Positions 17,408 to 27,935 are shown, numbered from the stretch's first letter. The stretch: DNA of 64,000 nt from a bacterium (GCA_965199855.1 OZ241326.1:384001-448000), one strand, 5' to 3'. Made by a program: numbers and translations. The notes: a model not told the origin generated them from the sequence alone.

Positions 17408-18187
17408 TCAGGCGTCGGACCGGGGATATACCTCGATGCAGGGAAACACCTTTTCCGCGTTTTCCTTGAGTCCGAAGAATACGGGGCCTTCGGCCTTGCG
17501 GCCGTCCGCGAGCCGCCGCAGGTCGAGGGCGCGGCCGTCCGGGTGATGCGCGCCGCCGCCCACCTCGCTCAATACCGCCAGGGGGCCGAGGATGTCCCAT
17601 ATCCGGGGCCCGTCCACCAGCGCCGCGATGACGCCCCCGGCGGCCGCGTAGGCCACGTGCGCGGAGGCGCTTCCGTAGGCGGCGGACTTTCCCGGGTAGT
17701 CCAGCCTGTAGAAGCGCTTTCGGGAGGAGGGGCCGAGCATCACGGTCTGGTTGGTGATCTCCATCTCCTCCAGGGGCGGAAGCGCCCGCCCGCTTCGCGT
17801 GGCGCCCTCGCCTTCGAGGGCGAGGAACATCTCGTCCGCCACGGGCATGTAGAACCCCCCGGCGAGGGGCCTCCCCTCCTCCATGACGCCCAGGGAGACG
17901 CCCCAGACGGGCAGACCGTTCAGAAACGGGTTCGTTCCGTCGATGGGGTCGACCGCCCAGAGGCGCGAGCCTTCGCGGGAGGGCGCCTCTCCGCCCCCGA
18001 GCTCCTCTCCGATGACGCCGTCGTCTGGAAATGACGCTCTCAGGCGGGAGACGATGAATTTCTCCACCTCGAAGTCGGCCTCGCTCACCAGGCTCCTGTC
18101 CTGCTTCCGGACGCCCTTGGCGCCGTCCGCGAACGAGAGGGCCAGCCTGCCGGCCTCCCGAAGGGTTTTTTCGATGAAGTCGATCAC
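17408..18187 (-). CDS. Inositol monophosphatase family protein
   Basis: VSEAD, IGEE, WAVDPIDGTNPF, IWD. Confidence 0.9.
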   Translation of the reverse strand: MIDFIEKTLREAGRLALSFADGAKGVRKQDRSLVSEADFEVEKFIVSRLRASFPDDGVIGEELGGGEAPSREGSRLWAVDPIDGTNPFLNGLPVWGVSLGVMEEGRPLAGGFYMPVADEMFLALEGEGATRSGRALPPLEEMEITNQTVMLGPSSRKRFYRLDYPGKSAAYGSASAHVAYAAAGGVIAALVDGPRIWDILGPLAVLSEVGGGAHHPDGRALDLRRLADGRKAEGPVFFGLKENAEKVFPCIEVYPRSDA

Positions 18188-18341
18188 GGGTGCGCCTCGG
18201 GCTCCGGCGGGGCTGAGCGTCTGTAAATCGTTCGGAAATCAGCCTATCTTGCGGCGGGAGAAGTTTCCAGCCGCCCGGGGGAAGCCGCCCGGCGGACGCG
18301 CCGGGGCGTTCGCTTCGCCCTGATCGGGACGGGACGCGCGC

Positions 18342-19733
18342 ATGGCTCGCTCGCGGGCGAAGGCCGCCGGAAAATACGACTACACGAAGGGCTCCATCGG
18401 GCGCGGGCTGCTTCGCCTGGCCGCTCCCTCGTGCCTGGAGCCGATAGCCTGGAACGCCGACACGCTGGTCGAGATTTTCTGGGTGGGGCGGCTGGGGCCG
18501 GAATATCTGGCCGCCGTTTCCCTGAGCTTCATGATCATCTTCTTTTTTCGCGCGGTCGGCTTCGGCATACGAATCGCGGGAAGCGCCCTGGTCGCCCAGA
18601 GGGTCGGGGCGGGGGACGCCGGTCGGGCGAGCCGCGCGGCGGGCCAGGCGCTCCTGTTGGCGGGGGCGTATTACGTCCTCATCAGCGCGCTGGGCTGGCT
18701 CTGCGCCCCGCATCTGCTCGGTCTTCTCACCCCGGACGCCGTCGTCGCGCGCGTGGGAGCGGACTATCTGCGGGCCTCGTTTCTCGCCTTCGCGTTCGTG
18801 GACGGAATCTTCACGGCGTCGCATCAGCTGAAGGCGGCCGGCGAACCCGGAAAGTCCCTGATCGCCCTCGGAGTTTCGACGCTGGCGGCGGTCGCCCTCA
18901 TCCCGCTCCTCGTTTTCGGCCCGGGGCCGCTTCCCGCGCTGGGGCTGCCCGGGGCGGCCTTCGGCATCGGCGCGGGCCGCGCGATCGGGCTTTGCGTCGC
19001 CTTGTGGATTCTGGCCTCGGGGCGCTCCCGCCTCCGCGTCGGGTGGGCGCACCTCAGGCCCCATCCGCCGACGATTCGGCGCATCGCTTCGCTGGGCTGG
19101 CCCGCGGCGGCGCAGAACATGATCGAGCGCGGCGCCCTTCTCGTCCTGCTGAAGCTGCTCGCGCTGTTCGGGCCGGTGGCGCTGGCCGCGTGGTCGATCG
19201 GGAACCGGCTGGGGACGGTCTCCCGCCTGCCGGGCTTCGGCGTCCAGTCCGCCGTGCGGACGATGGTGGGCCAGAACGTGGGCGCCGGCCTCCCGGAGCG
19301 GGCGCGAAGAAGCGTTCACCTCGCCATGGCCGGCCTGTGCGTCGTCATGTGCGGGGTTACGCTTCTCCTGTATTTCTACGCCGAGGAAATTGTTTTACTC
19401 TTCGGAATGCGGGGCGAGGGAATCGGCGTCGGCGCCGCCTGCGTCCGCATTCTCTCGGTCGGGACGCTGTTCGAGGCCGTCAGGCGGATGCTCGCGGGCG
19501 CGTTTCAGGGAGCGGCGAACACGAAGCCCCCGATGATCGTGGAGGCCTTCACCAGGTGGGGCCTCCAGCTGCCGCTCGCGTATTTCGCCGCCCTGCCCCT
19601 GGGATACGGCGCCGCCGGCGTGTGGGGGGCGATGACGATGAGTCACCTGGCGGGCGGCGCGTGCCTGCTCGTCTGGTTCCTCCTCTGGAGCCGCAGAAAG
19701 GGAATCGGCTCGCACGCGGAGGCGAGGCGCTGA
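18342..19733 (+). CDS. MATE family efflux transporter
   Basis: About 12 hydrophobic helices. VGRLG, VAQRVGAG, LGLPGAA, VGQNVGAG. Confidence 0.9.
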   Translation: MARSRAKAAGKYDYTKGSIGRGLLRLAAPSCLEPIAWNADTLVEIFWVGRLGPEYLAAVSLSFMIIFFFRAVGFGIRIAGSALVAQRVGAGDAGRASRAAGQALLLAGAYYVLISALGWLCAPHLLGLLTPDAVVARVGADYLRASFLAFAFVDGIFTASHQLKAAGEPGKSLIALGVSTLAAVALIPLLVFGPGPLPALGLPGAAFGIGAGRAIGLCVALWILASGRSRLRVGWAHLRPHPPTIRRIASLGWPAAAQNMIERGALLVLLKLLALFGPVALAAWSIGNRLGTVSRLPGFGVQSAVRTMVGQNVGAGLPERARRSVHLAMAGLCVVMCGVTLLLYFYAEEIVLLFGMRGEGIGVGAACVRILSVGTLFEAVRRMLAGAFQGAANTKPPMIVEAFTRWGLQLPLAYFAALPLGYGAAGVWGAMTMSHLAGGACLLVWFLLWSRRKGIGSHAEARR

Positions 19734-19863
19734 CGGACGGGGGAGGCGAAAGAGCGGAAAGCCGTGCTTCCCGCGCGCGGGCAGAGAGGCCGGCCCGCCG
19801 CGCCCGTCCGGATCGCTTCGGCGCGGGCTCGCGGCCCCGAAAGACGCGAAAGCGGGAGATTCC

Positions 19864-22230
19864 ATGAACCGCAGACTCGGCTGCGCTTTTCTTGTTCTGG
19901 CGACGTGGCTTCTCGCCGCGCCTCCCGCGCGGGCGGCGGCGCCCGCCTCCTCCGAGGCGGCGGAGGCGGCGGATTGGGCCATCGTCCTGCGCGAGGCGGC
20001 GCAGTACCTTCAGGGCGGCGAGAGAACCCCCGGCCTCACCCGGGGGCATTTGTCCCTGGTGCGGCGGATTCGCTCGCGGGCGAACGACGCCAAGGCCAGG
20101 CTCCGGGAGGAGCTTCGCCTCTCCGGGAAACTGCTCGGCGCCCTCGGGCCCCCGCCGTCTGAGGGCGGCGCGCCCGAAGCGAGGGAGATAGCCGGGAAAA
20201 GGGAGCGCTACGGCCGCCGAATCGCGGCCGCGCGCGCCCGCGTCGCCGAGGCCGACCTGGCGATTGTCCGCGCGGGGGAGCTGGAGGAGGCCCTCTCCGC
20301 CGCGAGGCGCGAGCAGCTTCTGGAGGACATCTACCGGCGCGCGCCCATCCCCGTCTCGCCGGGCGTGATCATCAAGGGCGCGCCGGAGCTGACGGCCGCG
20401 CTCGGGCGCGTTCTGCGCTCTCCGCTGGACTGGGGCGCGGGGCTGCCCGCCGGCGCCGCCGCCTCCGAGCTGCTGCCGGGAGTCGTGGTTCTGATTCTGG
20501 GGGCGGCGCTGGGGTGGGGCATACGGCGCAGCGCGCTGGATCTGTTCGGGCGCGACCCCGGCGTTTCGGAGCCCGCATACGCGCGCCGGCTCGGCGCCGC
20601 CCTCGCGCAGGGAGCGGGCGGCGCCGCGCGTCCGGGCGCGGCCCTGGCGGTGCTTTATCTGTGGACCACCCGCCCCGGCGCCCTGGCGAGCGGCCTCTTC
20701 GCCGAGGCGTTCGCCTCCTTTCTCGTCTCCGCGCTACTCTTTTGTCTGGCGGCGGCGTTCGCGAGGGCGCTTCTCGCCCCCGATCAGCCGGTCTGGCGGC
20801 TCACGGCGCAGTCCCCGGAAAGCGCCCGAAGCGCGCATCGCCTGATTCTCGCTCTGGCGGCCGTCTTTTTCATCGACATGTTTTTCTCAAGCCTCGGAAT
20901 CGGGAAGGAAGGCTCCGCCGAGTCGGGCGCCCTCTACGGCGCGGCGTTCGGCGCCCTGGAGGGCTGGCTTCTCATCCGGCTGGGGCGGGCGGAGCTCTGG
21001 CGGGCGGAGGGGGCCGCGGAGGGCGAAGCCCCGCCGGAGAGCAGGGCGTGGCGGCTCGCGCGCCGCGCCGCGAGAATCCTCGCCGCGCTCGGCGTGGCGG
21101 TGCTGCTCGCAGGCTACGTCGCCTTCGGCAAGCGGCTCCTCGACAATCTCGTTCTGACGAGTCTTCTCGTCGCGCTCCTGGCGCTGCTGCGCGAGCTCGC
21201 GCGCGAGGCGGCGTCCTGGGCCGCGCGGTCCGGCTTCGTGCGGGAGAAGCTGCACGTCCCTCCCCGCGCGATGGAGGCGCTTCGCTCCTGGGAGCGGGCC
21301 CTCGCCGCGCCGCTCGTCCTCGCCGCGGGCGTCCTCGTCATTCTGCCCGTCTGGGGGGTGCCGCGGGACGACCTCGTTCGCTGGACCCTCCACGGGCTTT
21401 CCGGCTTCCACGTGGGCAGCATCCGCGTCTCGGTCGTCGATATCGCCTCGGCGATCCTCGTGTTCTTCCTCGCCATGGCGGGGGCGCGGTTTCTGCAGAG
21501 GCAGCTGTCCGAGCGCCTGCTGGGGCAGATGCGCCTGCCCCCCGGCATACGCGACTCCCTGAACGCGGGGCTGGGCTACGCGGGCGTCATCCTCGCCGCG
21601 CTGCTGAGCGTCTCGGTGACGGGCATCGACCTCTCGAACCTCGCCCTGCTCGCCAGCGCGCTCTCGGTGGGCATCGGCTTCGGGCTGCAGACCGTCGTCA
21701 ACAACTTCGTCTCCGGCCTCATCCTCCTGGTCGAGCGGCCCATCAAGATCGGCGACTGGGTCCGCGTGGGCGACAGCGAGGGCATCGTGAAGCGGATACA
21801 GTTCCGCGCGACGGAGCTCGAAACCTGGCGGCGCGCCTCGGTCATCATCCCCAACGCGGAGATTCTCTCGACCTCGGTCGTCAACCTGACGCATCGGGAC
21901 GACTACGGGCGCGCGGAGGTCGAAATCGGAGCGGCGTACGGCTCCGACGCGGCGAAGGTTCGGGAGATTCTGCTGGACGCGGCCGCCGGCAACGAGCGGG
22001 TGAGCGAGCGTCCCGCGCCCTGGGTCGCGTTTCGGGACTTCGGCGCGAGCAGCCTGGACTTCAAGCTCTACTGCTACACCTCGAACGTGATGGGCCGGCT
22101 CCAGGTCGAGAGCGACCTGCGGTTCGAGATCGAGCGCCGCTTCCGGGAGGAGGGCATCGAGATTCCCTTCCCGCAGCGGGTGGTCCACCTCGCGTCCCCG
22201 GAGGAAGGAGGCCGGGAAGAGGGGGCGTGA
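19864..22230 (+). CDS. Mechanosensitive channel MscS family protein with long N-terminal domain
   Basis: SALSVGIGFGLQTVVNNFVSGLILLVERPIKIGD, IIPNA, DFGASSLDF, GIEIPFPQR. Confidence 0.92.
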   Translation: MNRRLGCAFLVLATWLLAAPPARAAAPASSEAAEAADWAIVLREAAQYLQGGERTPGLTRGHLSLVRRIRSRANDAKARLREELRLSGKLLGALGPPPSEGGAPEAREIAGKRERYGRRIAAARARVAEADLAIVRAGELEEALSAARREQLLEDIYRRAPIPVSPGVIIKGAPELTAALGRVLRSPLDWGAGLPAGAAASELLPGVVVLILGAALGWGIRRSALDLFGRDPGVSEPAYARRLGAALAQGAGGAARPGAALAVLYLWTTRPGALASGLFAEAFASFLVSALLFCLAAAFARALLAPDQPVWRLTAQSPESARSAHRLILALAAVFFIDMFFSSLGIGKEGSAESGALYGAAFGALEGWLLIRLGRAELWRAEGAAEGEAPPESRAWRLARRAARILAALGVAVLLAGYVAFGKRLLDNLVLTSLLVALLALLRELAREAASWAARSGFVREKLHVPPRAMEALRSWERALAAPLVLAAGVLVILPVWGVPRDDLVRWTLHGLSGFHVGSIRVSVVDIASAILVFFLAMAGARFLQRQLSERLLGQMRLPPGIRDSLNAGLGYAGVILAALLSVSVTGIDLSNLALLASALSVGIGFGLQTVVNNFVSGLILLVERPIKIGDWVRVGDSEGIVKRIQFRATELETWRRASVIIPNAEILSTSVVNLTHRDDYGRAEVEIGAAYGSDAAKVREILLDAAAGNERVSERPAPWVAFRDFGASSLDFKLYCYTSNVMGRLQVESDLRFEIERRFREEGIEIPFPQRVVHLASPEEGGREEGA

Positions 22231-22232
22231 GC

Positions 22233-23249
22233 CTACCTGTAGGTGTAGGGCCTGGGCGCGGGCCTCTGGCCGATTCTGTTCCGCATCACCCCGAGCGGCC
22301 CCATGTCGATTTCGACGACGTCGCCCGGCTGAATCCAGCGGTCGATCTCCATGCCGCATCCTCCGGGGACGGTGCCCGAGCCGAGCAGGTCTCCCGTGAG
22401 GAGATTCTCGTCGCGCGCGGTGTAGGCGATCATCTGCTCGAAGGTCCAATACATCTCGCCGGGCGTGGTCTCCACCCACGTCTCTCCGTTCACCCGCGCG
22501 GCCATGGGAATGCTCCTCGGGTCGCCGATCTCGTCGGGCGTGGCGATCCAGGGGCCGAAGCTCCAGCACCAGTCCTTGCTTTTGTAGGGCCCGGTTCCCA
22601 TGGCCATTTCGCCCCCCTGCGCGTCCCGCGCGCTCCAGTCGTTCAGTATCGCGTAGCCGAAGATGTGCCGGCCCGCGTCTTCTTCCGCGACGTCGCGGCC
22701 CGGGACGCCGACCACGCAGCAGAACTCGAGCTCGAAGTCCATCTTTTCGGTGAAGCTGGGCCAGGGAACCTCCTCTTCGGGCCCGGCCATGTGGGCGCAG
22801 CTCGCCTTGAAGGCGAGGGGGCGGTCGTACCACGTTTGGGGAATTTCGAGGCGCATCGCCGCGAAGGTTTTCTTGAGGTGGCGCTCGAAGCCCGCGAAGC
22901 CCCGGATGAGCGGGGGGCGCCTTATCGGCGCGAGAAGCCGCGCCTCGTCCGGCGCGTAGATGACGCGCTCCCCGCGGGGGCCCGCCGCGTCTCCGCGCTC
23001 GAGGGCGAATGCGAGCGCCTCCGCGGCCGCTTCGAGGCCGCTTGGGCCCGACGCCGCGAACGCCAGCATGTCCGGGGGAATCAGGGCGTCCGCCATGGCC
23101 TGGGGGCGCGAGGAGCCGCGCTGGCTGAATTCCGCCGCCGCGGCGAAGTTCAAATCGACGTATCGGAGCGCGCCGCCCTCGGACACCACGGCCCCCAGCC
23201 GCTCGAACGGGCCGACCGGCGTTCGGACTTCAAAGGAGCAAAGCTTCAT
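22233..23249 (-). CDS. Fumarylacetoacetate hydrolase family protein
   Basis: FERH, MDFELE, IFGYAILNDWSARD, KSKD, GSGT. Confidence 0.92.
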   Translation of the reverse strand: MKLCSFEVRTPVGPFERLGAVVSEGGALRYVDLNFAAAAEFSQRGSSRPQAMADALIPPDMLAFAASGPSGLEAAAEALAFALERGDAAGPRGERVIYAPDEARLLAPIRRPPLIRGFAGFERHLKKTFAAMRLEIPQTWYDRPLAFKASCAHMAGPEEEVPWPSFTEKMDFELEFCCVVGVPGRDVAEEDAGRHIFGYAILNDWSARDAQGGEMAMGTGPYKSKDWCWSFGPWIATPDEIGDPRSIPMAARVNGETWVETTPGEMYWTFEQMIAYTARDENLLTGDLLGSGTVPGGCGMEIDRWIQPGDVVEIDMGPLGVMRNRIGQRPAPRPYTYR

Positions 23250-23318
23250 GGCGTCTCTCCGTGGTCGGGGGAATCCGGGCCGCGCGCGCCTTGAGAAGCG
23301 AGCCGCGGGGGCGCGCCG

Positions 23319-23840
23319 CTACAGGTCAACCTTGTCCCTTTCGTCCGTTTCGGGAAAGGGCCCCTCCTTGATTTCGATGAGCTTCGAGTCGTCTTCGAGA
23401 AACTCGACCTCGTGTCCTTCGTACATCAGGATGAGGTCGTCCCGGCGCAGAATCGCGTCGCCCAGATGCTCCCCTTCCTTCGTGAACACGCCGATCCGCG
23501 CGCTGCCCCGCTGGCACAGGAGAATCTGGTGCCGCGTGGCGTTCGCGCACCGCTCCTCCACCACGTGGTAGTGCGCCTTGGTGATGGCGCCCCTGGGCCT
23601 GTTCAGGACGATGATTTGCAGGGGAATCGCGTCGTCCGTCACGTGGGCCTTGGTGTTGCGCTCTGCCTCGACGTCCTGGCCGGCGTATGCGGCGCGGACG
23701 TGCTCCCGCGCCTCCTCGGTGTCCAGATAGGGGGGAAACCGGGCGTAGTCGTCGAAGTCTCCCTTGACGTGGACGGCGATCATCCGCCCGTCGTCGGCCT
23801 TGTAGTAGTCCACGCTTTCGGAATCGATCTCCAGGGACAT
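23319..23840 (-). CDS. Hypothetical cupin-fold protein
   Basis: ATG 23840 with GAGGAG RBS. KAHYH ... GHEVEFLED...IEIKEGP. Confidence 0.65.
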   Translation of the reverse strand: MSLEIDSESVDYYKADDGRMIAVHVKGDFDDYARFPPYLDTEEAREHVRAAYAGQDVEAERNTKAHVTDDAIPLQIIVLNRPRGAITKAHYHVVEERCANATRHQILLCQRGSARIGVFTKEGEHLGDAILRRDDLILMYEGHEVEFLEDDSKLIEIKEGPFPETDERDKVDL

Positions 23841-24017
23841 CGCGCTCCTCCTCGAATGCGGCCGAAGCGGGAAAAGGCGCCTGCGCAGCGGCGTCTTCAG
23901 GTTCGCTTTCTGCTTCTTCTTTCTCCTTTCCGCTGCTGATATTTCACGCTGACGGCGCCCGTGAACGCCTCGAAGAAGCACTTGATGTTCAATTCTGCTT
24001 CAAGAGCCCGGAAGCTC

Positions 24018-25520
24018 TCATCCGAAAGCTCGGGCAAATCCCTTCTTTCGCACAGCCGGCGAGCGAGCCTTCGCCCTTTCCGACAACGGAAAATCCTTGA
24101 TGAACGACTTCGCGTAGGAAAACCAGCCGTTCCTGTACGGACGGGACGCCAGGGCGATATACCACTCCATGAACGGGCTGTTCAATTCCTCGAGCAGATC
24201 GTCCAGGCTGACGCCCGGATGCGGTTTTACGCAGTAGCCGCCGTAGAACAGGGAATCGGCGTCATCGCAGTATTGAAAATCGGGCTTCGGGTTCATGCCG
24301 GAGGTCAATATCTTTTTCCCAAACCCCTTGACGATGGATACGTCCCTGCCGAAGCCGTGCCACCTGTCGGGGGGAAACGCGCCCTTGTCTCTGCCCAGCA
24401 GCCTCTTCCTGTGCCTGAGCAGCCATTCGTAAGCCTTTGGAAATCGCCCTTCAAATTCATCCTCCGGCAGCAGTTTTCCGTTTTCATAAGGGTATATCAC
24501 TACGCGGTTCACGGCGTCTTTTCCCTTCTTCATGGCGGAGGCTTTGTAGATTCGCCTCACCGCCTTTGGCTCAAGGTCGACGGCTCCTTCGGGAAGGACG
24601 AACACGTCATCGGCGAGAGTCTGGACGCCTACGTGAATGTCGGCGATATCCGACAGCTTCAGGGAGCTTCTACGGCGGAGCGCCGTTCTGTCGGCTTTCG
24701 ACATCGCCCGCCATTTCTCATCCGTCAAATGGACGCGATACCCGTTGCGCCATTCCGGCGCCCCGTTCGTTATGGAAACGCATTTTTCCACGTTTGCGAC
24801 CCTGGAAGGCTTCGCGTCTTTTTCTATGGCCGCAATGGTGGTGTATGTCGTGGCGTTCTGGAAAACCTGATGCCGTCCAAAATCGAACAGGGCGGATATG
24901 CGGTGATTGCGCCGCAGATGCTCGCGAAAAGCCTTGCCGGAATCACTCGTCATCCAGCTGCTGGGCGTAATGAATGCCATCTTGCCCCGGCTTTTCAGAA
25001 GCCGGAGACCCATATCGAAAAAGAGCAGGTATAAATCGCAGGCGCCCCGCATGAAGTTCCACGAGCCGTTTTTTATCTTGTCGCGCCTGTCTTTCTCCAG
25101 GCGCTGGACGCGAACGTAGGGAGGGTTCCCGACGACGTAGTCGAATCTTCCGATCCACCGCTCCCATGAGGGAGCGTCTATGGCGTCTATGCGGCGCAGA
25201 TTCCACGCGACCGGCCCCAGGCGGTTTTTGTCGATCACCGCATCGAGGCGCTTCCTGCATTCATCGAGAGCCGTTCCGTCAATGTCGAACCCGGTTAGAC
25301 TGTTCAGCGTCCGGTAATGCCCGCCCCTGTTTTTTCCGGCCTGCTTAATCCGTCGGCAAACGCGCTCCGCGAGAGGGACGAGAAACTCCCCGTCTCCGCA
25401 CGCCGGATCGCAAATGCGCACGTCGGCGAGAGCGCCTCCCGGACACGCGTCCAGCATCAGATCCACAATGGGTCTCGGCGTATAGACTACGCCGAAATGC
25501 TTCTTGGGATTGGCGGCCAT
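24018..25520 (-). CDS. N6-adenine DNA methyltransferase (Eco57I/TaqI-like, gamma order)
   Basis: GVVYTP, DPACGDGEFL, FDYVVGNPPYVR, DLYLLF, FITPSSW, C-terminal TRD-like region. Lower GC. Confidence 0.9.
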   Translation of the reverse strand: MAANPKKHFGVVYTPRPIVDLMLDACPGGALADVRICDPACGDGEFLVPLAERVCRRIKQAGKNRGGHYRTLNSLTGFDIDGTALDECRKRLDAVIDKNRLGPVAWNLRRIDAIDAPSWERWIGRFDYVVGNPPYVRVQRLEKDRRDKIKNGSWNFMRGACDLYLLFFDMGLRLLKSRGKMAFITPSSWMTSDSGKAFREHLRRNHRISALFDFGRHQVFQNATTYTTIAAIEKDAKPSRVANVEKCVSITNGAPEWRNGYRVHLTDEKWRAMSKADRTALRRRSSLKLSDIADIHVGVQTLADDVFVLPEGAVDLEPKAVRRIYKASAMKKGKDAVNRVVIYPYENGKLLPEDEFEGRFPKAYEWLLRHRKRLLGRDKGAFPPDRWHGFGRDVSIVKGFGKKILTSGMNPKPDFQYCDDADSLFYGGYCVKPHPGVSLDDLLEELNSPFMEWYIALASRPYRNGWFSYAKSFIKDFPLSERAKARSPAVRKKGFARAFG

Positions 25521-25651
25521 CGCGCACTCAGATCCTCGCATCGCGGCCTTCCGCCGACTGCGGGGCCGGGCAGGGACACGATACGATCAATCGGCTCCGT
25601 TCCGCAATTTCCCTCGCCTTGCCGGAAGGCGCATTCGTCAACGTAGCGCCC

Positions 25652-26536
25652 TCACGAATCCGCGCCTACGATCTTCATGTGGAAATCGAGCGGCGGCGCG
25701 GCGCGGACGAGCGCGCTGGTGGAGATGTAGTCCACGCCCGTCCGCGCGACGCCTGCGAGGTCGCTCGCGCCGACGCCGGAGGCCTCGAGCTCGTAGGGCT
25801 TTCCCGTCCGGGAGGCGCGCCCGGCCGCCCGCGCGAGGGAGACGGCCTCCCGCAGCGCGTCCGGGCTCATGTTGTCGAGCAGGATCATGTGGACGCGCCC
25901 GTCCTCGATGACTTCTTCGACCTGCGCCGGATTCTGCGTCTCGATCTGGATGTCCGTCATGTAGCGGCGGCCGAAATGCCTGTCGATGGCGGCGGGGATG
26001 GAGCCCGCGGCGGCGATGTCGTTGTCCTTGATGAGCTCGCCGTCGAAGAGTCCCAGGCGGTGGTTTCGTCCGCCGCCCGCGCGAACCGCGTATTTCTCGA
26101 AATAGCGAAGCCCCGGCCGGTTCTTTCTCGTATCGACGAGCCCCTTGAAGGCTTCGGGCGGATCGCCCAGGCGCGCCAGCGCGTCGGCCGTGTGCGTGGC
26201 GATTTCCGAGACGTGCGAGAGGAGGTTGAGCGCGGTGCGCTCCGCCTTCAGGATGGTCTGCGCGTGGCCGCGGACGCGCGCCAGCAGGTCGCCCCCGGCA
26301 ACCCTCGCGCCTTCCTTTTTCAGCCACTCGACTTCGGGCGGGCGGCTCGCGCCGAGCGCGAGCAGGCCCTGCGTCTCCTCCAGCGCGAGGAGGAAGAACG
26401 GGGCGCCCGCGAGAACGGCGTCGCTTTTCGAGCGCAACTCGGCCGCGCGCCAGGGGTCGCTTCCGGCGTCGTAGTGGAGGGGCGCGCTCCCGAAGTCCTC
26501 CAGGAGCCATTCGCGGATTTTCGAGCGGATGTCCAT
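25652..26536 (-). CDS. nadC: Quinolinate phosphoribosyltransferase
   Basis: ERTALN, DTRKNRPGLR, NHRLGLFD, IKDN, LLDNM, EASG, VDYIS. Confidence 0.93.
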   Translation of the reverse strand: MDIRSKIREWLLEDFGSAPLHYDAGSDPWRAAELRSKSDAVLAGAPFFLLALEETQGLLALGASRPPEVEWLKKEGARVAGGDLLARVRGHAQTILKAERTALNLLSHVSEIATHTADALARLGDPPEAFKGLVDTRKNRPGLRYFEKYAVRAGGGRNHRLGLFDGELIKDNDIAAAGSIPAAIDRHFGRRYMTDIQIETQNPAQVEEVIEDGRVHMILLDNMSPDALREAVSLARAAGRASRTGKPYELEASGVGASDLAGVARTGVDYISTSALVRAAPPLDFHMKIVGADS

Positions 26537-26561
26537 GCGCGTCGGGCGGGGCGGATTCGCG

Positions 26562-27674
26562 CTAGACGATTTCGAGCATCCGCTCGATGGGGACGCGCGC
26601 GCGCCGGGCGAGCTCCGGGTCCACGGTGATTTCGTGCTTCATGTCGCGCAGGCACTCGCGCAGACCCCGCAGGGTGTTCTGCTTCATGTAGGCGCAGAGC
26701 GCCTCCCGGCTCGCGGGAATGAGCGTCTTCTCCGGAACCGCCCTGGACATGGGATGGAGGTTTCCCACCTCGGTGGCCACGATGACCTCGGAGTGCGGAA
26801 CCTCCTCGACCAGCTTGATCATGCCCTGGGTGGAGCGGAACTGGAGCATGTCCTCGGGCACGAGGCCGTCGCTCACCTGGCGCATGCAGGCGCTGGTGCA
26901 GCCGCATTCGGGATGCACCACGGTGATGGCCTCCGGGTGTAGCCGCTGCTGCTCCCGGACGTGGTGCGGGCGAATTCTCTCGTGGACGTGGCACGCGCCC
27001 ATCATCAGATGGAGGCGGTCCAGGGAGTGTCCCTCCCTCTCCAGCAGCTTGGCCGCGTAGAAGCCCAGGAACACGTCGGGCAGGAAGAGGATGGGCTGAT
27101 CCGGCGCGGAATTCTCGAGGACGTGGAGGGTGACCTTGCCCGCGTTGGCGGACGCGCAGCAGTAGTCGCTCTCCGCCTTCACCTCCAGATAGGTGTTGAC
27201 GTAGCTGATGACGACGCCCCCGGGATGCGCCTTTTTCCATTCGCGGATTTTGCCGGCGTCGGCGTGGGCGGCGAGGGAGCAGAGCGCGTCGAGGCTGGGC
27301 GCCAGGACGGTCTGATGCGGCTTTTTGAGGGCGGCCAGAATCTGGTTCATGAACAGCACGGACGGCTCGACCAGGAGGTCCGCGTCCGAGGCGGCGCCCC
27401 GCCGCGCCAGAAACAGCGAATCGCCGATGACGTCGGATACGTCCTGAATGTCCCTGGGCACGTAGTTGTGCGCCAGGACGAGCGCGTTTTTCTCTTTCTT
27501 GAGGCGGCGGATCTCGCCCTGGAGAAACTCGCGCTCCTCCTGCGGGACGTTTTCCGGGTGCGCGTCCTCGGGGATTTCGGGAACGGCGATGGAGGGCCCG
27601 AGGTCGGTTTGATCCATCAGGGCGATGGCTTCTCTCGCCGGAAGGATGTCGCCCGCGTCAACGTCCGCGATCAT
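26562..27674 (-). CDS. nadA: Quinolinate synthase
   Basis: LAHNY, GDSL, CSLA, SYVNT, FLPD, CHVH, HPEC, CAYMK. Confidence 0.93.
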   Translation of the reverse strand: MIADVDAGDILPAREAIALMDQTDLGPSIAVPEIPEDAHPENVPQEEREFLQGEIRRLKKEKNALVLAHNYVPRDIQDVSDVIGDSLFLARRGAASDADLLVEPSVLFMNQILAALKKPHQTVLAPSLDALCSLAAHADAGKIREWKKAHPGGVVISYVNTYLEVKAESDYCCASANAGKVTLHVLENSAPDQPILFLPDVFLGFYAAKLLEREGHSLDRLHLMMGACHVHERIRPHHVREQQRLHPEAITVVHPECGCTSACMRQVSDGLVPEDMLQFRSTQGMIKLVEEVPHSEVIVATEVGNLHPMSRAVPEKTLIPASREALCAYMKQNTLRGLRECLRDMKHEITVDPELARRARVPIERMLEIV

Positions 27675-27882
27675 TTCGGGCTCCGTCAGGGGCGGCGGCG
27701 CTTCGCGCCTTCGCCTTGCTTGCGCAAAAAATCACAAGCAGGGGCGAAAAAGAGGGAATCTGGTTGAATCGACATTCGCGCTCCCGGGAAACAAGGCGCC
27801 AAGCGGTTCATGGGCTTTTCGCGCTCCCCCTTCGTTCCCCTATTATTCCACGCCTTCGGGTTCCAGGCAAAACGGAAATACG

Positions 27883-27930
27883 GAAAAAACATGATTTTTT
27901 CTTGCCGATCCGCGCTCTTTTTGCTAGGTT
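27883..27930 (+). promoter_or_regulatory. Sigma70-like promoter with an upstream A/T inverted repeat
   Basis: TTGCCG (27902-27907)-N17-TAGGTT (27925-27930). GAAAAAA-CATGA-TTTTTTC at 27883-27901. Confidence 0.5.
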
Positions 27931-27935
27931 GCGTC

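Noticed and set aside
27840-27852. ttattccac as a DnaA box or origin
   Set aside because: Single imperfect match, no box cluster or unwinding element, and far from dnaN.
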